Assembly: GCA_951406725.2 (NCBI GenBank)
Contig: OX597833.1
Coordinates: forward strand, 42,532,001-42,596,000
Direction of reading: 5' to 3'
Source: Octopus vulgaris
Lineage: Eukaryota
Length of the DNA stretch: 64,000 nucleotides
The notes below the pieces were generated by a model. That model ran no database searches. It worked only from the letters and a program-made list of their open reading frames with translations, and was not told where the DNA came from. How positions within the stretch are numbered: position 1 is the first letter of the stretch; the number at the start of each line of letters is the position of its first letter. Made by a program: the position numbers and the translations under genes. Of the stretch, positions 1-10,712 are shown one piece after another.

Positions 1-247
1 CAACTTTGTATCTCTTATTGATTTATATCATGCTTGCATGGGTTAGTGGAGTCCTTTCCAACATTGTCTAGCCATTTGTTCTATTTTGTCATCACCTTTG
101 TGAAGTTCAACATCCTGAGCTCAGCTTTTATCACTTCTATCAATGTTTCAGTTATCCTTAGTTATTCTGTAGCATGTCCTGGCTACTTCAATTATGTTAT
201 TTGTCCATTTCTCCGCCACTAGTATGCTTACTCCATTTTTGATCAAC

Positions 248-590
248 ATCAATGGAAATTGCAGCTGTGATACCAGTGCCGGTGGTACATAAGAGAACCA
301 TCCGAACGTGGCTGTTGCCAGCGCCGCCCCGACTGGCCTTGTGCCGGTGGCACGTAAAAAGCACCATCCAATCGTGGCCGTTTGCCAGCCTCGTCTGGCA
401 CCTGTGCTGGTGGCACTTAAAAAGCACCCACTACACTCACGGAGTGGTTGGCGTTAGGAAGGGCATCCAGCCATAGAAACATAGCCAGATCAGACTGGGC
501 CTGGTGCAGCCTTCTGGCTTCCCAAACCCCAGTTGAATCGTCCAACCCATGCTAGCATGGAAAGCGGATGCTAAACGATGATGATGATGA
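248..590 (+). mobile_element. RTE-type LINE 3' UTR fragment ending in (GAT)n
   Basis: Starts with the same sequence that follows the RTE ORF relic at ~24826; internal TGGCACGTAAAAAGCACC subrepeats. Further copies at ~11270-11680, 12110-12455, 29395-29650, 32965-33305, 37958-38211, 42277-42543 (+) and 45725-46095 (-). Confidence 0.75.
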
Positions 591-1880
591 TTGTTCCTTA
601 CCCAGAATTTGTACCTGTGTTCTCTCTGTTATGTTCAGTTCCAGTCTTCTGTGAAAAAGCATCTGGTCTTGTGGAAATTTCACTTTACTTGGAAACAGGT
701 GAGGGTTATAGAAAATCTGCATCAACAGATTATGTCTGAGACCCATGCATGGAAAAGTAGACACTATATGATGAATGATGAAACTTGAGAAAATCCTCAA
801 TATTTTCTTTCCTGCTCATTCATATGTAAAATATAATGAAACTATTGGCATTTTTTCTTAAGTTGGCGCATAATAAGGTAATGACAATAATGATTTTTAA
901 CAGTCTAGCAAAGAGCATATAGGATATATTTAGTATTCTTTAGTGGCTGCGGTCTGAAATCTTAAAAAGCTTCAGAACTCCTGTCTTAAGGTATCTGTTT
1001 ATAGCAAGAAGAGCTGAAAATTGATATTGCACAGCCCTTCATCACTACACACCATATGATTGTACAGGTTGTTTATAATCATTGTCATACAAAATCTTTT
1101 GATGTGACATACGGTCTTTCCAGTGACTCTATTGCCTTACAGTATCACACCACAGGTCTTCTCTACCTCCCACTGAAGGAAGTCTGCTATTTCTAACCTG
1201 TTGCCATCGTCATCAAATGGCCACATTCTTTGTTGGGGATGATTTTTGTAACATACTAGATGAGAAGAAGTTGCTGGTTCATTTATTTCTGGAGAAAAGA
1301 GACATTGTAAGTGGTCCTCTATGACCCTCCCACAGTGGGTTAAGCAAATCAGAGAGAGAGAAATCTGTCCTGCTACTGAACTTGTGCTTTATTTGGAAGT
1401 ATCAAAGGCAAAGTTGATTTTGGTAGGATTTGAACACAGAATGCAAAGAGCTGGAACAATTGCTACAAGGCATTTGTCTGATGCTCTAATAATTCTGTCA
1501 AACAGTCCAATATATATCACATCTCACTGTCTTAAAAAATAGGGTACATTGTATAATTTTAGACACATTATGTCTGAAATAAATTTAGGATAATCATGGC
1601 TGATATGTGGAGGCATGTAGCTTAGTGTTGGATTCATGATCGTAAGATTGTGGATTTGATTCCTGCACCAGGTGATGTTTCGTGTTCTTGAGCAAAACTC
1701 TTCATTTCAAATTGCTCCGGTCCACTCTGCTGGCAAAAACTGAGTAATCCTACGATGGATTGGCATCCCATCCAGTAGGGACTATATTATACACCACAGG
1801 ATCCGGGAAACCTGCCATATGAGTCAATATGATTTGGGAAGTGTCTCATGGCTGAGATGCTTTAATCATAGGTGTACTCA

Positions 1881-2365
1881 TCTGGGTTGACTTGGGGGTA
1901 TACAGCAAACACTGACACTTGGTATAATGCAGCACATTTTCATGAATACTTAACTCGACCCCTTTTAATACCAATCCACCCCAGACTACCCATGGTTCTG
2001 TGATATGAACTTTGTTTTAACCTTTTAGCATTTAGGCTGACCAAATCCAGCCAAAGTATTCTACTTGTTTTATGTTCAAGCTGGTTGGATCTGACCTCTC
2101 ACACATACCCTATAATGTTATTCTGGGTTGATTTGGGGGTATACAGCAAACACTGACACTTGGTATAATGCAGCACATTTTCATGAATACTTAACTCGAC
2201 CCCTTTTAATACTAATCCACCTCAGACTACTCATAGTTCTGTGATATGAACTTTGTTTTAACCTTTTAGCATTTAGACTGACCATATCCAACCAAAATAT
2301 TCTACTTGTTTTATGTTCAAGCTGGCTGGATCTGACATCTCACACATACCCTATAATGTTATTCT
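1881..2365 (+). repeat. Tandem duplication, two ~241-bp units, overlapping piggyBac-like MITE remnants
   Basis: tctgggttga..ctataatgttattct repeated at 1881 and 2122 with ~95% identity by eye. Confidence 0.85.
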
Positions 2366-3641
2366 AAAAATGAAGAAACGAATCATTGAAATCTCAAAGC
2401 TATGAGATAATATATGATTGATTCAAATCAATGTGAATAAATACACATTACATTTGACAAATTAATCTGAATGCTAAAGGGTTAAAGTGATTTAAATTAA
2501 AACCTTCCATAAAAATTTCATATTTATGACCCCAAACATTAGCTTAATAATTAATTGAAATGATGGTAGTGTATTTCAGCAAAAAATGTTAAATGAAAAA
2601 GCTAATTAATTCTGGAAGGATGGAAGGCAAATATGGCCCTGTTGAAAATTTGATCAAATGTCTGCTTCACCAAGGTTCACATTGGACTAAAAAACATCAT
2701 CATTTATTGAGGATTCATCTTTTATCTTTTATTTTAGTCTTTTGGACAGTGGTCATACTGGGGCACCACCTTTAAAGTTTTAGTCAAACAAAACCCCAGT
2801 ACTTTTTTTTAAAGTCAAGTTCTTTAGCTGTTGGTCTCTTGTTGAACTGTTAAATTACAGAGATATAAACAAACCAACACCAGTTGTCAAGTGGAGTGGG
2901 GATAAACAAAGATACAAAAATGTGCATGTGTGCACACACACATACACAATTATACATACACACACACACACAAACAACAGGTTTCCATATAGTTTTTGTC
3001 TACAAAATTCACTCACAAGGCATTGGTTAGCCTGGGGCTATAGTAGAAGACACAAGCTCAAGGTTCCACACGGTGGGACTGAAACGGAGACCATATTGTT
3101 GCAAAGCAAGTGTAATTACACAGCTATGCCTGTGCCTGTACACAGCCAAGATGATGTTTATGCATTTTTTCATATGTTATCAGACAAGAATACTCATTAA
3201 CTCTAGATGTGTGAAATTTTCTTTTTCCTTTGAAATGTGTTAATCAGAGGAGAAAAGGTGGAACCCATGACTATTTCCATGGCCTTTGTGACTGATAGGA
3301 GGAAGTTGTCCTCACAAGGGTGACTTAGCCAATTACTTGCATGCAACAGAGAGAAAGCTGTTGACCGTTCAGCATTTACATTATTCTGTCAAAAGAGCTA
3401 ATTTATTCATATTGTCTTGAATTAAATATGTATTATCTTGTAGCTTTGAGATTTTGATGAGGTGGCCTAATTTTTAGAATGATACTGTAAGGTTGGTGAG
3501 GGGGGCCAGATCTGGCCACTTTGCACATAAAATGGGTTGAATATTAATGGCTAGTTTAAACGTTAAAGGCACCCAAGGCAGGATGTAGAGTTAAGCAGGG
3601 CAATGGATTAAGTCTACAACCAAAGAACAGGTATGATCATG

Positions 3642-3879
3642 AACGTTTAGGTGGCGAGCTGGCAGAAACGTTAGCACGCTGGGCGAAATGCGTAGCCGTA
3701 TTTCGTCTGTCGTTACGTTGTGAGTTCAAATTCCGCCGAGGTCAACTTTGCCTTTCATCCTTTCGGGGTCGATAAATTAAGTACCAGTTATGCACTGGGG
3801 TCGATGTAATCGACTTAATACCTATGTCTGTCCTTGTTTGTCCCCTCTATGTTTAGCCCCTTGTGGGTAATAAAGAAAT
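3642..3879 (+). mobile_element. tRNA-derived SINE family A (GGCGGCGAGCTGGCAGAAACG head)
   Basis: B-box GAGTTCAAATTCC, core CCTTTCATCCTTTCGGGGTCGATAAA, tail ..CCCCTTGTGGGTAATAAAGAAATA; 13-bp TSD aggtatgatcatg. Other copies ~14958-15172, 27876-28050, 31571-31765, 36674-36895 (+) and 15790-15925, 32760-32955, 37235-37450, 37690-37900, 50598-50826 (-). Confidence 0.85.
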
Positions 3880-4075
3880 AGGTATGATCATGCTGACCAG
3901 TTCTCACCCAGCTTCTCTCTATGTAATTTCACTCACAAGGCTTGGACTGATTTGAAACCATGGTAGAAGACTTCTGGTCAAGATGCCGTGCAGCATGATC
4001 ACACCAGCAATCACACAAGTATGAAGAAAATTGTAAAACACACTGGCATGCCACATCCCACACAACAGATAAATG

Positions 4076-4119
<44 letters not shown>

Positions 4120-4432
4120 CTGAGAGTACATGGCCTAGTGGTTAGGTTGCACTTATGAATGCATGATTGTGGTTTCAATTCCTGGAGTGTACACTTCATC
4201 TAATGTTGTTCTGCAATTACTTCAACACCTGATGTGTGATGCACCTGTTCAAGCAATGCCAACTTGGAGGAAATGAGCTTGTGTACAGCACATATCACTA
4301 TGTGCAAGTTTGTTCAGCAAGAGACTGTTTTTCTTGGACCTTGAGAAACTTCCACTGCATACACAAAAATATGAGACTTCCATTGCATACACAAAAACAT
4401 TATATACATATACTTTTTAACATATATGTATA

Positions 4433-4930
4433 CCGTAAATCCTTGAGTATAATACGCAGGGGATTTTTAGGGGGCTGTACCTCTGAAAAATTAAACCTTG
4501 TGTATAATACGCACACCTTCTCTTAACTTGAGTTGTGCGTAATTAAGCCGGCAGCACCTAGTCGAACAAACACTTCCGCACATGCGTAATACAATAATGG
4601 TGATGTTCTTAACTGTTATATGGGAATGTAAATATGTTTGCAAATTGTCTTTGTTACATGTTATTCTGTGTTCTGAATACTTTTATTTTAATAAATGTTG
4701 TTTACTGCAAGTTATGGATGATTCTTTGATGACTTCATTGCTTTCAGGCAAGGTATTTTCGTGCCCGACATCACAAAATGCGTCTGAATAAACATTGCCA
4801 TACAGCAAATAGAGACTTGGACATTGTTTAGAAAATATTTTTCATTTTTAGCCTCGTATATAATACACACTAGGGATTTTGACCTTTAAATTTTGGGAAA
4901 AAAATGTGGATTATACTCAAGGATTTACGG
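4433..4930. mobile_element. pogo/Tigger-like MITE
   Basis: 21-bp TIR ccgtaaatccttgagtataat / attatactcaaggatttacgg flanked by TA on both sides. Confidence 0.85.
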
Positions 4931-5049
4931 TATATAAAATTACACACAAAAATATGAAGATAAATATACATTATATACGAAAACTTCTAAAGATTATATA
5001 TATGTGTGTATATATATATATATATATGTGTATATATATATATATATCT

Positions 5050-5328
5050 CACCATGACCGACCAGGCTATCAGATGTTGCTACACATCGCTGGTGACAAT
5101 GCGCTTCGCATTGTTTTAGCCTGCAAATGACGCCACCCCGCTGGCTAAGCGAGCAGGCCAACAGAAGAGTGAGAGAAAGTTGTGGCGAAAGAGTACAGCA
5201 GGGATCGCCACCACTCCCTGCTGGTGCCTTGTGGAGCTATAGGTGTTTTCGCTCAATAAACACTCAACGCCCGGTCTGGGAATTGAAACCGCGAGTCTGC
5301 TGCCCTAACCACTGGGCCATTGCACCTC

Positions 5329-5330
<2 letters not shown>
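5050..5330 (-). mobile_element. tRNA-derived SINE family C
   Basis: Minus-strand head GGAGGTGCAATGGCCCAGTGGTTAGGGCAGCAGACTCGCGG (A box); related copies 36322-36620 (+), 49835-50025 (-), 55375-55660 (-). Confidence 0.75.
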
Positions 5331-5363
<33 letters not shown>

Positions 5364-6236
5364 CCCTCTCTCTCTTTCGGAGAGGCACTGAGCACCTACA
5401 TGCACACATACACACACGGCAGTAACTTCTGCCTACCGAATTCAATCACAAAGCTTCGGTCGACTCGGGGATATAGCGGAAGACACCTGCCCGAAGTGCC
5501 ACGCAGTGGGACTGAACCCCAAACCATGTAGTTAGGAAGCAAGCTCCCTAACCACACAGCCATATATAATCTATTATTAAATACAAATACATTTATAATT
5601 TCAAAATATATTTTACTTTTTCAAAATTATACACTTTAATGTTTGTGCAATTGTCTTAACTGATGTCATTGTATGTGATTCAAATGGCAGTAATGAGTTT
5701 GTTATTTACATAACTCGACCACAATATCTCTCCATCAACACTGCATTTTTTGAAGTACACACATATGCACACACTATATCTTCATACACATATAAAATGG
5801 ACACACATTAATATTAATGTGTTTTTTTTTCCAGATGACTACAAGATCAATTATTGTTGTTGTGTATAGTTAATAAGATTTGATTGCAATATATTACTAG
5901 TATTTATTATTATTATTTTTTTTTAGCCCATTTGTAGATTGTTGGCACTTAAATCACTTTCCTCTCTATATTCCATGTCAGGAGTATGGGACGAAAGGTG
6001 GGGTCAATCAGAGCAGAAGTCTGAATTCAAATACTAATGTTGGTTCGATTAATTGTCAAAATTGTGTGGACATTACCTGCATTTTTACAAGTTTCTTGTT
6101 TTACCAGTTGAGAAACTGCAGGATATTTTCTGGTCTTTTAATTACTAATTCTTTGCCAAATGAAGCAGAAAAAAAAAAAAACTGTAAGATCTAAATTTCA
6201 GCAGATAAATTTTTCAAGTTGATTTAATAAAATACT

Positions 6237-9200
6237 TCAAATATTTGGCAAAATTTCTGGTTTAACATCATCTTCATATAAAACCTGCTTCTCTAAAGTA
6301 GCTGTCTTATCCCCTCTTTGCCATTCTGCCGAGTAATCTCTGGCAAAGTTATTTTTTTCAACTTTGATTTGGGGCTCTTTTAAGATATTTTGCATAATAC
6401 TAATTGATGGAAAGACGGGGGAAGAAACAGTATTGAAATTATTACCAGAATTGAAGGAAGCAATATCAGTCTTGCACTGGCTGGTTGAAGAATCTGGAGA
6501 ATTTGTTAGTTCAGAAGTTTCTTCTCTCAGATCAGATAAAGACTCCTCAGCTGCTTTGTAGCTGATATTGGAAGGATCTGATAAAGAATGTTTGGTTTCC
6601 AGTTGTTTATTTGTGGTAAACGATGATTCTTGGTTGGATGAGTTGATTTCATTTGGGGAAGTAGTAGCAGAGTTAAGAATCACTTTATTGGCTAGATTTT
6701 CAGTGCTGTGATTGTTATTATTGTGGAGGGCTAGGGATTTTCCTTCAACAGGGTTAGAGTGCCATGATCCACGTGTCTTCAAGTGTGTCTCAAATTGGCT
6801 CAGCAAGGAGAATCGCTGTTGAATACTAGAATAGTCATCAAGTTTCCTTTCTGTATGAATCTTCAAGTGTGATGTCAGATGGTTGGATTGAGTGAAATTT
6901 TTATTGCAAATGTTACACCTGAATGGTTTCTCACCAGTATGGATACGAATATGTCTGGTTAGATGACTAGGTCGAGAAAAAGATTTCTCACAATATGTAC
7001 ATTTAAACATTGGCTTTTTAGACACAGATGAAGGGGAAACTGAGTTATTTCCATAGACTGCTCTCCTTAATCTTCTATTTGGTGAAGCTAAAATATGTTG
7101 AGATTCTTCAGTTAAAGCTTTGGCACTGGGTGCAGGATCATCATCATCATCATCATCAATGATAAGAAAATTCTGTGATACAATCCCAAAATTTGGGTTG
7201 TATCTCAGAGAGGTATTGTCCAGATAAACTTGATTGTCTGTATAGTGAGATTTAACATGTATACTGTAGTGGTTCCAATTTTCAAAGTGTTTGTTGCAAT
7301 AATGACACTTCATCCCTTTACCTGGATCAAAGGGTTCAACTGTGTTGGGATTGTCTTGTGTAGATTGTCTATGTTCTTGGTTGGTAGACATCTTTGCATT
7401 CTTTTTAGGGTCATTTAATTTCAGTGCATCTTCATTAAAGGCATGGGATGAACTGTGTGTGAATTTTTTCCAAATATCTTGTTCATCTTCTATGTCAAGT
7501 GGATAACTAGACACTGTGTTTGTTGAAGCACATGCCTCTGTTTTAATATTTTGGAGGCAGTTTCCAAGAAAATTACTTTGTTCTTGTTCCAGAAATTCCT
7601 GCATGTTGTCTTTTTCGGTATATTTGCAGGCAGTGGACAGAGATTTATCACTTAATGACACGTCATTCCTGTCTACATCTTCCTCTTCTAAGGGCTCTTC
7701 TTTAACCTTTACAAAACACTCATCTGGTTTAGGACTTGGTGTCAGTTTTGGGGTAAACACTGATAGAGTGTCAGGGTTGCATTCATCAACACTTTCCTGT
7801 TCTTTCTTCACAGAAGTTTGAATTTCTGAAAGGTTGCGATTGACTTGTTCACTGAGATGATCTTCCTCACATTTAACAACTTCAATGGCAACTTCTTGAT
7901 TGTCTGTAGAATCTGAAGAGGACCTAGATTTCCATTCCAGTTCTTTAGGAGTATATGTTTCAGTGGATAACTGGTTATGGAATTCATTTGGAGTAGAAAC
8001 AGACGTTTTAGAATCCAAATCATCTGTTCTCAAGGTCCATACCTCATTTGCATGTGGTGTAATGAATTCTGTATCAAAGTTAGACTTAACAGATGTCTGA
8101 TTGTCCTGTACACTGGAACCCTTACAATTAGTATCGACACTTTCAGAGATTTCCTCAATGCTTTCATCTTCTGACAAAAGTTCCACATGTTCATTATTAT
8201 TTGAGTCTTTGTTGTAGGGCACCTCAGACAGTTCTTTAATATACAGAACAGAGGGATGCAAGTTTTGTGTCAGGCTCTTCGACATAGAGTGTTCGCTATC
8301 ATTTTGTATTGGGTGTGCTTTCTCTGAAGTGGTATTGTGTGAAGGGGCTTCGTCATCTATCATAACTGAATCTTCATTAGGATCAAGCACAAGGAGAGCA
8401 TCATCGCTGAATTGTGTATTGGGATAATTGAGAGTGGCAACATGTGATTGAAGATGCAGATTTAAATGACTGAGTAAGAAAAAACTTTGGCCACACAGCT
8501 GGCAGTCAAATGGTCTGGGGCTGAGGTGAAATCTGTGCTGGAATGGTTTGATGCCAGTATGAATTCTAATGTGAGTTGTTAAGTGATTTGACTGACGGAA
8601 CTGTTTACTACAATATTTACATTTGAATGGCTTCTCTCCTGTGTGGACACGGACGTGTCGTAATAAATGACTGGGCCGGGAAAATGCTTTTGGACAGTAT
8701 TTACATCGAAATCTGTTCTGAGAATTATTGCCAGATAAGTATCGATTACGGCTTTGATATACACCAAATGTACTTAAATGTGGCTTTTTTATTCTTGACT
8801 GATAATTTTGATGTTGATTCTTAAAGGCCAAGAAGTTGGAGCTTGTATGTTGCTGGCTGGTCATCAGTGGTGTTCTAGACAGAGTGTTGCTAGATTTACT
8901 GTTACTAATCAATTGATTTGAAAGTCTCTTTCGGCTCTCTGGCTGTTGGACAGAAGTGTTATTGATGACATTAAAGCCAGTACGCGACACAAACGTATCT
9001 GGCTTGAACTTGGAGGTTCTTGAGAAACTTGACTGGTTTTCTGGAATGGTTGATGGGAAAAGCGTTCGGTTCAGTTGACCAGCATCACTAGAAATCGCTT
9101 TGTTTGAAGTAAGATGCGGCAGCTGTTGTGTTGTTGTGGCGTCATTGGGTAGGGATGAAAGAATTTGGCGTCGTTTACTTGGACTGATGGTGGATGAGTG

Positions 9201-10574
9201 TGATGTTTCCCATTGCTGTGTTGCAAGTTTGTCTCTGGTAAATGGCTTTAAGCCGACATGGTGTGTACGATTCTTGTCAATGTCAAAGTGTATAAAAGAT
9301 TGCCTTTTAGCAGTTTGTGATGATGATGATGATGATGATGGTGTCAATGATGATGATAATGCTGTATTTAAATAGCTTTGGTCTACTGTTTCTCCAGATA
9401 ACATCTTCTCTAGAATCCTCAAGTTTGAAGAAGAAAATCCTGATTTGAAATTATTTTCTCTTAAAGTTTGGAGTGTTGAGGAATTTTCATTCAGATCCAT
9501 AGAGTCAAGATGTTTATGTTTTGATGTTACCCTGATGTCATCTAGTTGGGGATCTTTGGTACGAAGGGTTGGTTTAGTTGGTTTTGATTTCTCTGTCTCC
9601 AGGGCTGAGTCAGAAGAGAGGTTTGCCTCACTATCAGGATCTGCTTTAATGATAATAACATCATCATCATCAGATTCAGCATCTGATTGTTGAAGCAATA
9701 TTTCATCATTTAATATGTCATCAGATACATCAATGGAAATATTACTGACGTCTTTACTGACATCCAAATTCTCTTTCATCTGAATTTGTAGATGTCCATC
9801 TTTATTTTCTGAAACACTTTTCTGTGATAAATAATCCCTATAAGAGAAGACATTCATATTTTTTACTACTGGTCTCTTTTGGTGCTGAATTTTTGTAGGA
9901 AGTGTGTGCGTTTGTAAATGAATTTTTAAGGAGTTGTAATTCATGAATTCTTCCATACATAGTTCACACTTCAAAGATGTTGTTAACTCCTTACTGACGG
10001 GGCTTTTGTTGGTTAATTTAGAAACATCTTTCTTATAGTTTAAGTGGTGTTTGGACAGAAATGCTGGTGTTGATCTTTTTAGGCATGCTGCTATCGATCC
10101 ACTTAAAATCAAGTTTTCGACTTGTCTGTTTGTGTTGGCCTTTGTAATAATACAATCATCGTCCCTTAAGCTTAAACTAGATTCTCTTTTCACATGTGAA
10201 GGTAATAATCCATTAGTGAAACAAGTAGGAGATTCAATGGGTGACATTTCATGGTTGCTTTTGTCACCAGGAGTCAAGAAACTTGACGACGTGTCAAAAG
10301 TGGTCAATGACGGATCAACTGTAAGCAGTGAGAGGGCATTGTTGTTGGTGTCTATAGGCTTGTGGTGGATTTTGGCATGTGACGTCAAATGGTTTGACTG
10401 CTTGAAACATTTGCCACAAACCAAACAGAAAAACGGCTTTTCACCAGTGTGAACTCTGAGGTGACGTGTCAGGTGACTTGGTCTGGAGAAAGACTTTTGG
10501 CAATATTCACATGGATATTTACTTTTATTCAAAGATGTTTTCAGAGTTGATAATTTGTGGAGTTCTATTTCCAT
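6237..10574 (-). CDS. Multi-C2H2 zinc-finger protein, single large coding exon (~1445 aa; 9 canonical fingers + 1 degenerate)
   Basis: Uninterrupted 4.5-kb ORF. Three finger pairs joined by TGEKP linkers (YPCEYC..RPSHLTRH..QSNHLTSH; FRCKYC..RPSHLLRH..QSNHLTTH; FKCTYC..RPSHLTRH..QSNHLTSH) plus single fingers (CELC..HLQTH, CQLC..HLQSH, CHYC..HVKSH). The ORF-track start (10742) lies upstream of a strong acceptor (T-tract + TAG, exon start 10686). First in-frame ATG after it is acaATGg at 10574 (MEIELHK). Confidence 0.9.
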   Translation of the reverse strand: MEIELHKLSTLKTSLNKSKYPCEYCQKSFSRPSHLTRHLRVHTGEKPFFCLVCGKCFKQSNHLTSHAKIHHKPIDTNNNALSLLTVDPSLTTFDTSSSFLTPGDKSNHEMSPIESPTCFTNGLLPSHVKRESSLSLRDDDCIITKANTNRQVENLILSGSIAACLKRSTPAFLSKHHLNYKKDVSKLTNKSPVSKELTTSLKCELCMEEFMNYNSLKIHLQTHTLPTKIQHQKRPVVKNMNVFSYRDYLSQKSVSENKDGHLQIQMKENLDVSKDVSNISIDVSDDILNDEILLQQSDAESDDDDVIIIKADPDSEANLSSDSALETEKSKPTKPTLRTKDPQLDDIRVTSKHKHLDSMDLNENSSTLQTLRENNFKSGFSSSNLRILEKMLSGETVDQSYLNTALSSSLTPSSSSSSSQTAKRQSFIHFDIDKNRTHHVGLKPFTRDKLATQQWETSHSSTISPSKRRQILSSLPNDATTTQQLPHLTSNKAISSDAGQLNRTLFPSTIPENQSSFSRTSKFKPDTFVSRTGFNVINNTSVQQPESRKRLSNQLISNSKSSNTLSRTPLMTSQQHTSSNFLAFKNQHQNYQSRIKKPHLSTFGVYQSRNRYLSGNNSQNRFRCKYCPKAFSRPSHLLRHVRVHTGEKPFKCKYCSKQFRQSNHLTTHIRIHTGIKPFQHRFHLSPRPFDCQLCGQSFFLLSHLNLHLQSHVATLNYPNTQFSDDALLVLDPNEDSVMIDDEAPSHNTTSEKAHPIQNDSEHSMSKSLTQNLHPSVLYIKELSEVPYNKDSNNNEHVELLSEDESIEEISESVDTNCKGSSVQDNQTSVKSNFDTEFITPHANEVWTLRTDDLDSKTSVSTPNEFHNQLSTETYTPKELEWKSRSSSDSTDNQEVAIEVVKCEEDHLSEQVNRNLSEIQTSVKKEQESVDECNPDTLSVFTPKLTPSPKPDECFVKVKEEPLEEEDVDRNDVSLSDKSLSTACKYTEKDNMQEFLEQEQSNFLGNCLQNIKTEACASTNTVSSYPLDIEDEQDIWKKFTHSSSHAFNEDALKLNDPKKNAKMSTNQEHRQSTQDNPNTVEPFDPGKGMKCHYCNKHFENWNHYSIHVKSHYTDNQVYLDNTSLRYNPNFGIVSQNFLIIDDDDDDDPAPSAKALTEESQHILASPNRRLRRAVYGNNSVSPSSVSKKPMFKCTYCEKSFSRPSHLTRHIRIHTGEKPFRCNICNKNFTQSNHLTSHLKIHTERKLDDYSSIQQRFSLLSQFETHLKTRGSWHSNPVEGKSLALHNNNNHSTENLANKVILNSATTSPNEINSSNQESSFTTNKQLETKHSLSDPSNISYKAAEESLSDLREETSELTNSPDSSTSQCKTDIASFNSGNNFNTVSSPVFPSISIMQNILKEPQIKVEKNNFARDYSAEWQRGDKTATLEKQVLYEDDVKPEILPNI

Positions 10575-10686
10575 TGTTGGCTGAGGCAGTGAACTTACTG
10601 GGAAAATACTTTCAACTTGCCAGCACACACACACAAGGTGATGCAGTTCAACAACCACTACTACAGATACTGCAGGATTCCATAGT

Positions 10687-10712
10687 CTATAAAAAAAACC
10701 AAAAACATTGAG
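10687..10712 (-). promoter_or_regulatory. Splice acceptor (polypyrimidine tract + TAG) of the zinc-finger coding exon
   Basis: Minus strand reads gtttttggtttttttttatag|actatgg, implying an upstream non-coding exon that I could not locate precisely. Confidence 0.7.

Noticed and set aside
639-698. Possible 60-nt plus-strand exon (ttcAG..cag|GTGAGG)
   Set aside because: No recognisable protein motif or partner exon in the window.
6364-10711. Plus-strand ORFs overlapping the zinc-finger exon
   Set aside because: Antisense shadows of the real CDS with no independent protein features.
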